Assembly: GCA_041641295.1 (NCBI GenBank)
Contig: JBEPYO010000001.1
Coordinates: forward strand, 1,152,001 to 1,216,000
DNA length: 64,000 nt
Source: Nitrososphaerota archaeon
GTDB taxonomy: Archaea > Thermoproteota > Nitrososphaeria_A > Caldarchaeales > Calditenuaceae
Direction: 5' to 3'
Below the pieces are notes generated by a model. The model saw nothing but the letters and a program-made list of their open reading frames with translations. It did not search any database and was not told the DNA's origin. Positions 47,478-57,602 of the stretch are shown here, piece after piece. Every line of letters starts with the position of its first letter. The stretch's first letter is position 1. Position numbers and translations under genes: made by a program.

Positions 47478-47996
47478 TTAGAGCTCCATGAAAATAGTTA
47501 TTGAATCACCGGTCTTGGAATAGATCTTGAGTGGCCCTGTCTTTGTACCATCCATCCCCGGTGACCCCTGCGGCATTCCTGGTAGGGCGATGCCCTCCAC
47601 ATTTGGCCGCTCCTCCAGAAGTTTCGAAATGGCCTCTAGGGGGATGTGCCCCTCGACGAAATAGTCCTCCACAACCGAAGTGTGGCAGCTAAACAGCTGG
47701 CTCGGTATACCAAGCCTCTTCCTCAAATCCTGCAACTCCTGCTGATCCACTATCATTGTCTGCACCGCGACCCCCTTACTCTTCAGGTAGTTTTCATAGC
47801 TTTCACAACAGTCACAGAGCGAGGTTCTGTACAGCTTCACCACAGGGTAGGCTCTTCTTGTATCAGCCTGTCTCTCATCGTTAGTCGGACCCTGATTAAG
47901 GATAACAATCACTGCTAAGAATAGTGTTATTATGCTGGCTACGATGGCGTATAGCTGAGTGTTACTCTTACCTTGGGCTTTTCTATTTCTTACCAT
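47478..47996 (-). CDS. DUF411 (CopG-like) exported metal-binding protein
   Basis: TM anchor; CDCC, SCHT, VEGHIP, GIALPGMPQGSPGM. Confidence 0.88.
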   Translation of the reverse strand: MVRNRKAQGKSNTQLYAIVASIITLFLAVIVILNQGPTNDERQADTRRAYPVVKLYRTSLCDCCESYENYLKSKGVAVQTMIVDQQELQDLRKRLGIPSQLFSCHTSVVEDYFVEGHIPLEAISKLLEERPNVEGIALPGMPQGSPGMDGTKTGPLKIYSKTGDSITIFMEL

Positions 47997-48001
47997 TTGT
48001 A

Positions 48002-48391
48002 TTATCCCTTTTCAGCCGGTGTCTTCCAAGTGAGTGCAATAATGCCTCCGACGATGCCCAGAAGAGAGCCGATGATGAAGCCGCCAAATCCTAAAAGCCC
48101 TACCAGCGAGAACACGAGTATGACGGCTCCCCAGGCTTGGGCGAGTTTCGGGTCGCTGTAGATAGCTAGGGCCCCAATAATAATCACTGCACCTGAGGCT
48201 ATACCAATAATCGCGGGAATCCACCACATCCAAGGCATCCACCACATCATCATAGGCATCATCATGCCACCCCAGCCGCTCCAGCCTGGATAATATGACC
48301 AGCTCATAGCGACCACCCCTCCGACTAGCAGCAACACTCCAGCGGCTAGAGAGAGTACGAAAGCTGCAACTGGTTTATCCGCTTGGCTCAA
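48002..48391 (-). CDS. Small Met/Trp-rich membrane protein (DUF6114-like)
   Basis: Four TM helices; GGMMMPMMMWWMPWMWW loop; GFGGFIIGSLLGIVGG. Confidence 0.65.
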   Translation of the reverse strand: MSQADKPVAAFVLSLAAGVLLLVGGVVAMSWSYYPGWSGWGGMMMPMMMWWMPWMWWIPAIIGIASGAVIIIGALAIYSDPKLAQAWGAVILVFSLVGLLGFGGFIIGSLLGIVGGIIALTWKTPAEKG

Positions 48392-49113
48392 TGCTCCTCA
48401 CCACCAAGTTCCAACTCCCCAATAAATCTACCATGCCACGAGTGATACCATATATCTCCTGTATAGCCGTTAACGCTGAGCATTCCGTGCACTTCGCCGT
48501 TTAGCTTGTAGTCCATGGTGTAGTAGCCATAAAACCTTGTAGGCTCCAATACTTCGACCACCCCATCATATCTTCGGGAGAGATAGTCTTGGGCCAGCCG
48601 CATAGCCTCGTCTGGGCTAACGGGCATGTCAGCTGAAGGCGCTGTACTCTGCCCCATCATTGAGTTATGCATCCCATACTTCCTGTTCCACATCATGTTG
48701 GGTCCAGGCTCGGGTGAAACAACGCCTGTATACGGGTCGACAAGCAGTTCAAACGCACCAATTCCAGAGCCCTCCTCAATAACAATCGCGTAGAAGTTAT
48801 TCTCAAACTCCATTATCTCATGTATTCTAAATCCTGGGCCGAATCTTGTGGCGACGTAGTCCTCGACCAGATCGAGAGCCCGCTCAATGCTTATTCTAGA
48901 TCCTCCAGTAGACGATGTTGGACCCCACATCCACGGGCACCCACCCATCATCCAACCACCCATACCGTAGCTAGGGGACATTACATTCTGCGGATAAGCG
49001 GCGATCGCACTCCTTCTCCAAGAATCATAGACGGCTACGGCACTAACAGCCGCCACCGCTAACACGACGACAAGAGCTACCGTGATTAAAACCGGTTTTA
49101 CCATACTCAACAC
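48388..49113 (-). CDS. Exported Met-rich protein with tandem PepSY-like domains
   Basis: Signal/TM anchor; GMGGWMMGG, EIMEFENNFY, ELLVDPYTG, EPGPNMMWN, MLSVNGYTGDIWYHSWHG. Confidence 0.7.
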   Translation of the reverse strand: MLSMVKPVLITVALVVVLAVAAVSAVAVYDSWRRSAIAAYPQNVMSPSYGMGGWMMGGCPWMWGPTSSTGGSRISIERALDLVEDYVATRFGPGFRIHEIMEFENNFYAIVIEEGSGIGAFELLVDPYTGVVSPEPGPNMMWNRKYGMHNSMMGQSTAPSADMPVSPDEAMRLAQDYLSRRYDGVVEVLEPTRFYGYYTMDYKLNGEVHGMLSVNGYTGDIWYHSWHGRFIGELELGGEEH

Positions 49114-49248
49114 CTACCACATATAAGATGGCGGGGGTGGGCAATAGGTATATCCTGAAACGGTCTTGAAACATTGAAACCCTTAATAGGTGATTGGACG
49201 GGTCGGCATGGAATGCTTAAATAGGCTGTAGTTAGAGTTAAGACCGTA

Positions 49249-49737
49249 TTGGCTCTCGGCCGACACGGCAAAAGTTTAGCCCTCATGATGGCCGCCCTTG
49301 GTGCATCTCTACTTCTCATAACACTCTTCAGCATCTGGCAGCACAACAGCCTCATGAGCGAGGTTATGAGGGGTCTAAACATCATGCCGATGCACGAGTC
49401 GATGCTGTTCTGGATGAGTGTTCCACTCATCGCGGCGTCTCTCATGCTTATCATAGCGGCCATAGCTATCTTTCTAGCCCATCAGAACAGGGAGGATATC
49501 AGCGTGGTAGGGCTAAACGATAAAGAGAGCATGGTTGTCGGGTATCTGATAGAGCGTGGAGGGATGGCTGAGCAGAGGGAGATAGCAAAGGGGCTCGGGC
49601 TAACGCGTCTCCAAACCCACAGAATAGTATCATCGCTTAAAAATAGAGACATCGTGGTCGTGGAACGCTATGGAAGAACTAATGTAGTGAAGCTTAAAGC
49701 CGACAGGGTGAAGCAGCTAGGCCTCCGCGCCCCCTAG
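49249..49737 (+). CDS. Membrane-anchored winged-HTH transcriptional regulator
   Basis: Two TM helices around a Met/His-rich loop (MSEVMRGLNIMPMHESM); C-terminal HTH QREIAKGLGLTRLQTHRIVSSL..ERYGRTN. Confidence 0.72.
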   Translation: MALGRHGKSLALMMAALGASLLLITLFSIWQHNSLMSEVMRGLNIMPMHESMLFWMSVPLIAASLMLIIAAIAIFLAHQNREDISVVGLNDKESMVVGYLIERGGMAEQREIAKGLGLTRLQTHRIVSSLKNRDIVVVERYGRTNVVKLKADRVKQLGLRAP

Positions 49738-49742
49738 TTAGG

Positions 49743-50909
49743 TTATTTTGGCCTAGTGCGCTCAACGAAGGCGGCAATCTTCTCGGCCGCCTCCAAAAGC
49801 TTCTCAGGGCTAGCCGAGAGGGTAATCCTGAAATGCCCCTCACCACCCTTGCCAAACACCTTCCCCGGAATAGTAATCACCCTCGCCTCTTTTGCGAGAC
49901 GGTTGCAGAAGGTTTCTGAGTCTATGGGGAGTGGTATGCGGGGAAACAGATAGATCCCTCCCTTGGGAAGGTGTGTAGATACTCCGTGGGCGTTTAACGC
50001 CTTATGGAGAGTGTCCCGCCTCCTCCAGTACTCCGATACTTTTTCGTCTATCATTTTCTGCACCTCGCTGGATCTGAGGGCGTAGAGTGCGACGTATTGT
50101 GCGACACTAGGTGGGCAGGCGTTTATGTATGCTTGAAGCTTGATGACGCGAGCCTTTAAGTGCTTAGGCACTATCATGTATCCTAGCCTCCACCCCGTCA
50201 TTGCAAGTGTTTTCGAAAAACTGTTAACTATAACAATCCTATCGTATTCGCCCCAATACTTCGCAGCGCTGGTGTATTCCACACCATATACAAACCTCTC
50301 GTAAACCTCGTCAGATATCAGATAGGCACCACTCTTCCTACACAGGTCCACCACTTCCGAGAAGGCACGCTCGTCAATAACACTCCCAGTAGGGTTTGTT
50401 GGACTGTTGAGTATCACCGCAGCCCTCTTCTCCCCCAGTGTCGACCTGACACCCCCTACATCGAGCTGGAAGTCGCTCTCCGGTAGAGGGCCCACTTCAA
50501 CTACCCTGCCACCCAAAATCTGGGTGAGGGCCTTGAACGAGGGGAAGGAGGGGGTGGGTATAACCACCCAGTCGCCCGGCCGAATTATCGAGGCTAACGA
50601 CATGAAGAGGGCGCTTGAGGCGCCTGGTGTCACTACAACGTTGTCGGGACCTATGTCGACACCCCACCTCCTACTATAGGTCTCCGCTATCGCCTCTCTC
50701 AGCTCGACTATTCCGGCAGTCATGGTGTACTTGTTCAAACCCCGCCTGATTACGCGCTCAGCCTCATCCTTGAGTGGCTCAAACATGTCGAAATCCGGCT
50801 CACCAATCCCTAGATTTATCATGTCTCCACTGTTGCCTACATTGTCAAAATATTTTATGACCCAGGAGTCGTCAGCTTCATCGTGCTGCTTTTCTTTATC
50901 CATCTTCAC
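49743..50909 (-). CDS. Class I/II PLP-dependent aminotransferase (aspartate aminotransferase-like)
   Basis: NLGIGEPDF, NSPTNPTG, SDEVY, NSFSKTLAMTGWRLGY. Confidence 0.93.
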   Translation of the reverse strand: MKMDKEKQHDEADDSWVIKYFDNVGNSGDMINLGIGEPDFDMFEPLKDEAERVIRRGLNKYTMTAGIVELREAIAETYSRRWGVDIGPDNVVVTPGASSALFMSLASIIRPGDWVVIPTPSFPSFKALTQILGGRVVEVGPLPESDFQLDVGGVRSTLGEKRAAVILNSPTNPTGSVIDERAFSEVVDLCRKSGAYLISDEVYERFVYGVEYTSAAKYWGEYDRIVIVNSFSKTLAMTGWRLGYMIVPKHLKARVIKLQAYINACPPSVAQYVALYALRSSEVQKMIDEKVSEYWRRRDTLHKALNAHGVSTHLPKGGIYLFPRIPLPIDSETFCNRLAKEARVITIPGKVFGKGGEGHFRITLSASPEKLLEAAEKIAAFVERTRPK

Positions 50910-50999
50910 CAGATATCTGCCCCAAACACTTCTCTATTACCTTTCCCCATCCAAGTAGGTTGGTGAATCATGACTTATTAGCAACATTGACCAATATAG

Positions 51000-51824
51000 T
51001 TGGTGGCGTCGGTCTTGAAGGTCGCCGTGCTCCAGCTAGCCTTAAGGGAGGATCAAGAGGAAAGGCTTAAAGAGGTGGAGGCGTTGATCAACCTCCTTCA
51101 CCACCGCGAGCCAGACATATTCCTGTTGCCGGAGGCTTGGATTAGCCTTGACCCTCTAAACAATTTGGAAAAAGCCGTGGCGGATAGTGAAATGGCGATA
51201 GAGAGGCTGCAAAAACTGGCTGAAGAGCACGGCGTCGCCATACTTGGTGGTGGCTTATACATCGCTAGGGGGGAGAAGATTCATGTCGCCTGCCCGATAA
51301 TTGGCAGTAATGGAGAGGTTATCGGTTTTCAAGAAAAGATACACTTGTATAGGCGCGAGAACGATATAGTCCAGAGAGGGGAATCTTTCAGAACCTTTGT
51401 GGTTAAAGGGGTGCGGATAGGTGTTGTAATCTGCCACGACATCGTCTACCCCGAAGCTGTTAGGACACTCGCCCTCGCTGATGCTCAACTCATATTCAAC
51501 CCGTCAAGGATACTCTCCCGCGGAAAAGAGGCTTGGCATCTTTACCTCAAAGTCAGGAGCCTCGAAAACCGCATACCCATTTACGCGGCAAATGTCTGGT
51601 CGCCGCCTAAGTATTCTGGCGGCTCCTGCTCAGTCAAACCAATCTACTATGACGATGATATATATCTCCCAGAGCTGATAGAAGCTAGACCGGGTGTATC
51701 CGCAGTTATGGATGAAGTGGACGAGAAGGCGTTGAGTGAGGCGAGGCGCGTGAGGCTGGGTGGCAGAATGCCACAAGCTTACTATGGATCTGGTAGTGGA
51801 GTGGTTATTGGTGATGGGAGCTGA
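51000..51824 (+). CDS. Carbon-nitrogen hydrolase (nitrilase/amidase) family
   Basis: Catalytic E-K-C triad: LLPEAW, EKIHL, ICHD; RSLEN. Confidence 0.9.
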   Translation: MVASVLKVAVLQLALREDQEERLKEVEALINLLHHREPDIFLLPEAWISLDPLNNLEKAVADSEMAIERLQKLAEEHGVAILGGGLYIARGEKIHVACPIIGSNGEVIGFQEKIHLYRRENDIVQRGESFRTFVVKGVRIGVVICHDIVYPEAVRTLALADAQLIFNPSRILSRGKEAWHLYLKVRSLENRIPIYAANVWSPPKYSGGSCSVKPIYYDDDIYLPELIEARPGVSAVMDEVDEKALSEARRVRLGGRMPQAYYGSGSGVVIGDGS

Positions 51825-51892
51825 GTGAGGGAGGGGAGAGGCTATACAGGAAGCTAAGCCGGGCAGAGGCCCTAGCAGATATAAAGAATAGA

Positions 51893-52651
51893 ATGCTGGA
51901 AAAGGATCGCTCACTGGACTCTTCCGCCTTTGAGGAGGTCTTTGACCGGGCCACACTCCAATCCCTCTACGAGCTGATGAGGCGCGGCGTCTTCGAAGAC
52001 TTTTACGGCGTTGTTAGTGCAGGTAAGGAGTCGAGAATATATTATGCGCGAAGTAAGGATGGTGCAGAGCTAGCAGTCAAAATATACCTTGTAAACAACA
52101 CAGAGTTCCGAAGAACGAGGATGATATACGTGGCTGGCGACCACAACTTCGAGAGACCAGGGCTCAGTCTGAGAAAATTCATAGACGCCTGGGCTAAGCG
52201 GGAATTTAGAAACCTGAAAACAGCTTTCGAAGCGGGCGTCCCTGTCCCAAAACCTTACACAGTTCATAGGAATATTCTGGTCATGTCTTTTCTGGGCTCG
52301 GATGGTGCTCGATATCCTCTGCTCCGAGAGACCAGATACAGTGTCGAGGAGTATTCCCAACTCTATGAAAAAGTCATCGACTGCATCTTTAAACTCTACA
52401 GAGACGCTCGGCTGGTCCACAGCGACTTAAGCGAGTTTAACATCATGGCCCCCGACCCAAATACGGTCTACTTCATAGACCTCTCCCAAGCCGTCCCCCT
52501 GACAAACACATACGCTCAAATCCTCCTTATGAGGGACTTGAGAAACGTAAATCGCTTCTTCGCGAGCATGGGTGCCGACACCTGGGAGGAAGAATCCCTA
52601 TTCAGGGAGTTGACGGGTGAAGAACCACCGTCGGGGCTTACACCTATATAG
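51893..52651 (+). CDS. rio1: RIO1 family serine/threonine kinase
   Basis: EEVFD, SAGKES, AVKIY, WAKREFRNL, LVHSDLSEFNI, IDLSQA. Confidence 0.93.
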   Translation: MLEKDRSLDSSAFEEVFDRATLQSLYELMRRGVFEDFYGVVSAGKESRIYYARSKDGAELAVKIYLVNNTEFRRTRMIYVAGDHNFERPGLSLRKFIDAWAKREFRNLKTAFEAGVPVPKPYTVHRNILVMSFLGSDGARYPLLRETRYSVEEYSQLYEKVIDCIFKLYRDARLVHSDLSEFNIMAPDPNTVYFIDLSQAVPLTNTYAQILLMRDLRNVNRFFASMGADTWEEESLFRELTGEEPPSGLTPI

Positions 52652-52674
52652 AAAAACAACATGTCTTCAGTAGC

Positions 52675-53079
52675 ATGACCCAGTGGCACAGCGACTCTCA
52701 TAAGCGGAAAAAGAGCGGCGGTAAGAAGGGGGTGCATCGGAAGAAGAGGAGGTACGAGAGAGGCAGAGACATGATATTCTGCACAGTCGGCGAGCCAGAA
52801 AGGATAAGCATCAGGACCCGGGGAGGTGGAACTAAACAAATACTGAAATCCGATAGGTTCGCCAACGTCTACGACCCCACCAGCGGAAAGACTATCAGAA
52901 CAGAGATACTTGGTGTGAAATCCAACCCGGCTAACAGCGATTTTGAGAGGAGGGGGGTGATAACGAAAGGAGCGATAATAGAGACCAAGCTCGGAGACGC
53001 AAGAGTAACATCAAAACCGGGAACTGATGGTGTGATAAACGCCGTGTTGATAAAGTCTGTCTCAACCAGTCCAGCATGA
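52675..53079 (+). CDS. rps8e: 30S ribosomal protein S8e
   Basis: KRKKSGG, RKKRRYERGR, RTRGG, NPAN..RRGVITKGAII, VTSKPGTDGVINA. Confidence 0.96.
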   Translation: MTQWHSDSHKRKKSGGKKGVHRKKRRYERGRDMIFCTVGEPERISIRTRGGGTKQILKSDRFANVYDPTSGKTIRTEILGVKSNPANSDFERRGVITKGAIIETKLGDARVTSKPGTDGVINAVLIKSVSTSPA

Positions 53080-53360
53080 TACGGAGAGAGGGTTACATCA
53101 TCTGGACGATGTATTTTGACGCAGCCCTAAGCAGGTCTGAAGGTAGGCGCGTCCCATTAAAGCTAGCAGTCAAAAACCCCACACAAGAAATTTTACTCAA
53201 ATCTCTGCAAAAGCTGGGATGGCAATACGAGCTCTTAGATAAAAGCCACCCAGCAGCTTGGTGGAGGAAAAATGCCTCAATCCTAGTTAAGCCCCCTAAA
53301 AATATTAAAAAGACTCAAGCCATAAAACTGATTGCACAGCACCTATGGGAGAAGCGTTGA
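53076..53360 (+). CDS. srp19: Signal recognition particle 19 kDa protein
   Basis: IIWTMYFD..SRSEGRRVP..AVKNP, HPAAWW. Confidence 0.9.
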   Translation: MIRREGYIIWTMYFDAALSRSEGRRVPLKLAVKNPTQEILLKSLQKLGWQYELLDKSHPAAWWRKNASILVKPPKNIKKTQAIKLIAQHLWEKR

Positions 53361-53638
53361 CTCAAGAGGGGCTAGTACCTCTTGGAGAGATTTTCAGAAT
53401 ATTACGGGGGAGCGTCCTCTTAAAGGGTAATGTTATGCCGCGCCTAGGTGAGACAGTCTGCACTACCGACGGTAAGGCTATCGGCTATGTCTCAGATATC
53501 TTCGGCAAGATTAGCGGCTTCTATATCCTAGTGAGGCTGACTAGCGAGAAGCTAGAACTAAAGATAGGTGAGAAGCTCTATCTTCAGGGCAAGACAGGCC
53601 TTGCCGGCTCTTCAGAGAAGGCTAAGCCACAGTTGTGA
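53345..53638 (+). CDS. gar1: H/ACA RNP protein Gar1
   Basis: PRLGETV..GKAIGYVSDIFG; conserved position after srp19. Confidence 0.78.
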   Translation: MGEALTQEGLVPLGEIFRILRGSVLLKGNVMPRLGETVCTTDGKAIGYVSDIFGKISGFYILVRLTSEKLELKIGEKLYLQGKTGLAGSSEKAKPQL

Positions 53639-54065
53639 TTTTTCTAAGATTATTAACAAGCTCCTTTACCTTAGACTTTGCCACGTCCTGAATAATCCTT
53701 GCACCAATGCTTGCTGCAGCACCACCCACAGTAACATCCGACACCCACTTCACTTCGGAGAGCCTATCTCCTTTGTCGACGATGTCTAGGTCTATTTTCA
53801 AATCGATTGTCGACTGCATGCCCGATCCTTTCCCAACAAGAGTTACATGGTTCGGCTCTCTCAAATCAACGTATGTGAAGTCCATCTTTATGGTGCCGCT
53901 TAACACCCCGAGCCTCACCTTAAACTCGGCCTCAAAGTCCCGGTCGGATTTGACCTCTAGTTTTTTTAGATCGGGGATTGCCTTGCTAATTTGTTTCGGG
54001 TTTGTTACCAGCTGCCAAACTTTCTGAGGTGGGAGAGGTGTCTCAAAAGACCCTTCTAGCCTCAT
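53622..54065 (-). CDS. coxG: Carbon monoxide dehydrogenase accessory protein CoxG (SRPBCC)
   Basis: VWQLVTNP..IP, VGG.AASIGARII; adjacent to coxD/coxE. Confidence 0.85.
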   Translation of the reverse strand: MRLEGSFETPLPPQKVWQLVTNPKQISKAIPDLKKLEVKSDRDFEAEFKVRLGVLSGTIKMDFTYVDLREPNHVTLVGKGSGMQSTIDLKIDLDIVDKGDRLSEVKWVSDVTVGGAAASIGARIIQDVAKSKVKELVNNLRKITTVA

Positions 54066-54173
54066 CGAGCCTTATTGTGCCTACCCCCTAAATAAATCTA
54101 CCGAGAATATAAGATGAGGGCAAAGTTTTATTAAGTCAGTTTACGCGGGTGAATTGGATGGTGTATCAATAGG

Positions 54174-55088
54174 TTGTCTAGAGCCGATCTTCTTGAGGGC
54201 CTAACAATAGATACTCTGATTGAGAAGCTTGAGAAGCACCTTTACGTTGCAGATAGAAGCCTAGCTACCGCGCTCTATCTCGCAATTAAGATGAACAAAC
54301 CCCTTCTGATCGAGGGTGAGCCTGGATGTGGGAAGACTGAGATTGCGAAGGTTCTTGCAGAGGTTCTTCAAACCGACCTAATTCGGCTGCAATGCTACGA
54401 GGGCCTAGACGCCTCCGACGCTATATATGAATGGAACTATCCCAAGCAGCTCCTCTACATCAGGCTACTGGAGAATAAGGGTGATTTGAGGGATGTTGAG
54501 TCGGAGCTCTTTAGCGAGAAGTTCCTTCTTAAAAGGCCGCTCTTGGCAGCCGTGATGCATGAAGGCGAGATTCCGCCGGTTCTTCTGATAGATGAGATCG
54601 ATAGGGCTGATGAGGAGTTTGAAGGATTCCTCCTCGAATTCTTGGCGGAGTTTCAGGTTACCATACCTGAGATAGGGACAATCAAGTGTAAGAAGCAGCC
54701 CATAGTGATACTTACCTCGAATAGGACTAGGGAGATTGGGGACGGTTTGAAGAGGCGCTGCCTCTACTATTACCAGTCTTATCCGAGTAGGGAAAAGGAG
54801 TTGAAGATACTGAAGCTAAAGGTAAAGGGGCTGGACGAGTCTGTCATGGCTAAGATTGTTGATTTCGTGAATGTGGTTAGACAGAGGCCCGAGATTGCGA
54901 AGAAGCCGGGAATCTCCGAGTCCCTAGACTGGGCAAACGCTCTGGCTAGGCTGTCGGCGAGGGATCTAAACAGGGAAACTGTAATGGCTACACTCTCGTG
55001 CATAATTAAGACCCAAGAAGACTTAATGAGAATAGATATCGACTCGATCCTCTCCATGATCGGTAGCATGGGGGGTAAAAGCGGATAA
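54174..55088 (+). CDS. coxD: MoxR-type AAA+ ATPase, CoxD family
   Basis: EGEPGCGKT, RLQCYEGLD, YEWNY, LLIDEIDRADEEFE, LTSN, LKRRC. Confidence 0.92.
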   Translation: MSRADLLEGLTIDTLIEKLEKHLYVADRSLATALYLAIKMNKPLLIEGEPGCGKTEIAKVLAEVLQTDLIRLQCYEGLDASDAIYEWNYPKQLLYIRLLENKGDLRDVESELFSEKFLLKRPLLAAVMHEGEIPPVLLIDEIDRADEEFEGFLLEFLAEFQVTIPEIGTIKCKKQPIVILTSNRTREIGDGLKRRCLYYYQSYPSREKELKILKLKVKGLDESVMAKIVDFVNVVRQRPEIAKKPGISESLDWANALARLSARDLNRETVMATLSCIIKTQEDLMRIDIDSILSMIGSMGGKSG

Positions 55089-55090
55089 AG

Positions 55091-56251
55091 ATGCATCTCT
55101 ACGATTTCGTCTGCGGACTGGCGAGAAGCTTAAGGAGACAAGGTCTAAAGGTTGGCATCTCAGAGTCCATTGACGCGTGCCAAGCCATAGGCCTCGTGAT
55201 TGATCGGGGCTTCGAGGACATCCTGACCGCGATACGTGTTACAATGGTGAAGGACCCCTCGAAATATCACCTGATCGAGCAGGCTCTCGAGGAGGTTGCC
55301 ACTGGAGGAGGTGGAACGGGGGAGGGAGAGTCCGGTGAACAGGGTGGCGAGGGCTCTGAGTATGCTATGCAGCCGATGGGCATGTCGAGAGGCTCGGGGC
55401 AGGACCAGAATAGCGCCTCGACCCAGTTCGTAATGTATAGTCCTGCTGAGTCACTGCACAGGAGGAGCCTAAGGCCAATAGATATCCACGCCCTGAAGAC
55501 CGGTAAACGAATAATCAAGAGGATGCGTCGACGGCTAGCCGTTCTTCCGGGCAGGCGCTCAACCGCCTCAAAGAAGGGTGATATAGCGTTTGCGAAGACT
55601 ATCAGGCACAGTTTTAGAACTTTTGGAGAGATAATGGAGTTGAGAAAATCAACCAAGATTCTATCCCGCGCGAGGCTGGTAGCTCTTATCGATATCAGCG
55701 GCTCGATGGACACGTATACTGACTGGCTCGTCAGGGCCATGTACCTATTCAGCAGGTTTACGCGGCGCGTAGAGGTGTTCGTTTTTAGTACACGGTTGAG
55801 GCGTATAACTGATCTTCTCGCGATAACAGACTTCGACGAGATAAGGAGGAGACTATCGAGCGAGATAGACCTTTGGGGGAGTGGTACACGTATAGGCTAC
55901 AGCCTGAAAATCTTCTTAGACAATTATGGCAATATGCTAAACAGGAGCTGGATCGCGGTTATAGTGAGTGATGGCTGGGATACGGGTGAGCCCGAATTGC
56001 TGAAGTTTAGTATGAGTAATCTAAGGCAGAGGGTGGGGAGAATTATATGGCTGAACCCGCACACGGATAAGCCAAACTTCAGGCCCCTCACAATCGGCAT
56101 GATGACTGCCCTACCCTACATTGACGTTCTAGCGGGAATGAGCGTGCTCGAAGACTATAGCTCATTTCTGAGGTTCTTCGGAAAGTCAATTAAACCGTTG
56201 AAGCGTGGTGAAAGCCTTGTCAGACGCCAGCCCGAGAGATTGGCGCTATAG
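55091..56251 (+). CDS. coxE: VWA domain protein, CoxE family
   Basis: DISGSM, FVFSTRL, WGSGTRIG, SDGWDTG, WLNP. Confidence 0.9.
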   Translation: MHLYDFVCGLARSLRRQGLKVGISESIDACQAIGLVIDRGFEDILTAIRVTMVKDPSKYHLIEQALEEVATGGGGTGEGESGEQGGEGSEYAMQPMGMSRGSGQDQNSASTQFVMYSPAESLHRRSLRPIDIHALKTGKRIIKRMRRRLAVLPGRRSTASKKGDIAFAKTIRHSFRTFGEIMELRKSTKILSRARLVALIDISGSMDTYTDWLVRAMYLFSRFTRRVEVFVFSTRLRRITDLLAITDFDEIRRRLSSEIDLWGSGTRIGYSLKIFLDNYGNMLNRSWIAVIVSDGWDTGEPELLKFSMSNLRQRVGRIIWLNPHTDKPNFRPLTIGMMTALPYIDVLAGMSVLEDYSSFLRFFGKSIKPLKRGESLVRRQPERLAL

Positions 56252-57512
56252 GCGGATATCAAAGTTTAGAGAGGTTGAAGAAGTCCTAGCAGAGACCACA
56301 CGCCGCATATCTGTAAAACTAGGCACAGTTAACTTGATGCCACGGTATACAGTAGGCCGTGTATTGGCAGAAGATGTTTTTGCGCCGATCGATCTGCCTC
56401 CTTTCCACATGTCTCATGTGGATGGGTTCGCAGCCCGGAGCTCAGACCTGACTGGTGCTTCGGAGGAGGCGCCTGTAGGGCTTATTGTTGAGGGACATAT
56501 TGGGCCCGGAGAGCATGGGGGACGTATAGGGCCAGGCAGAACGTACAGAATTCACACTGGAGGGTATCTCCCCGAAGGCGCTGACACGGTTGTCCCTCAG
56601 GAGGATGTTTTCACCGATGGCTCAATGATCTATGTCTCTCGCCCATATCGTCCATTTGAGAATGTAGTCCCGGCTGGGAGTGACGTACGTCGCGGCCAAC
56701 TATTAGCCAGGAAAGGAGATGTTTTATCAGCTGCTAAGGCCTCGCTGTTTGAGACGCTCAGGGTATACGAGGTTAGTGTTCGCGAGGCTCCGCGGGTCAC
56801 TATACTCTCTTTCGGGGACGAGCTTACCGATAATCCCGCCGAGGCGGAGAGTGGGAAAAAGATTCTGAATACACACGCGGTACTGGTTTCCCAGATGGTC
56901 AGGGCCCTAGGCTGCGAGCTTGTGGGAAACGACATTGTTCCAGATAGGTCGGAGGCTATAGGTGCAGCAATAGATCAGGGCTTAAAAAATTCTCACTGCG
57001 TCTTAACGATAGGCGGGTCCAGTGTAGGGGACATTGACTTGGTTGGCGCTGAGCTGGGTAAACGAGCGGAGTTTTTCATACAGGGGCTTAAGCTACAGCC
57101 AGGAAGAGTTGGTGGGGTAGCGTTGATAGGTGGCAAGCCCCTAATAATGCTTCCAGGACTCATACACTCTACGGTCAATGTCTTTAACTATCTTGCAGCG
57201 CCAGTGTTGCTGCATATGCTTGAAGCGAACTTGGAGCAATTTGTCATAAAGGTTGACGCCTATTTGGCTGAGACCGTAGAGTTTCAGCGCTGGATTGACT
57301 TCAAGAGGATTGTCTGGGTCACTCTGAAGCGGCGGGATGGTGAAGGGCATGAGGCACACCCCAACGTCGCCGACGCCTCCAATATCTCGTCAATCACCTA
57401 TTCCCATGGATTCATAGAGGTGCCGCCCAATAAGTCCGTCATAGCTAAGGGGGAAAGGGTGGTGGTTAGGATTCCACTCTGGATTACGCGAAGTATCAAA
57501 GAACCTGATTAA
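56205..57512 (+). CDS. moeA: Molybdopterin molybdenumtransferase MoeA
   Basis: GRVLAEDV, PPF..S.VDGFA, TGG.LPEGADTVVPQE, GDEL, GGSSVG, PG, LPG. Confidence 0.9.
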   Translation: MVKALSDASPRDWRYRRISKFREVEEVLAETTRRISVKLGTVNLMPRYTVGRVLAEDVFAPIDLPPFHMSHVDGFAARSSDLTGASEEAPVGLIVEGHIGPGEHGGRIGPGRTYRIHTGGYLPEGADTVVPQEDVFTDGSMIYVSRPYRPFENVVPAGSDVRRGQLLARKGDVLSAAKASLFETLRVYEVSVREAPRVTILSFGDELTDNPAEAESGKKILNTHAVLVSQMVRALGCELVGNDIVPDRSEAIGAAIDQGLKNSHCVLTIGGSSVGDIDLVGAELGKRAEFFIQGLKLQPGRVGGVALIGGKPLIMLPGLIHSTVNVFNYLAAPVLLHMLEANLEQFVIKVDAYLAETVEFQRWIDFKRIVWVTLKRRDGEGHEAHPNVADASNISSITYSHGFIEVPPNKSVIAKGERVVVRIPLWITRSIKEPD

Positions 57513-57602
57513 GCATGACTTCCTGCGACCAAGTGGATATTCTCAATCTAGGTGGAAGAGAGAGGGGTACTACTTATTAAGACGCGGGAGTATTGGTTTA
57601 TC

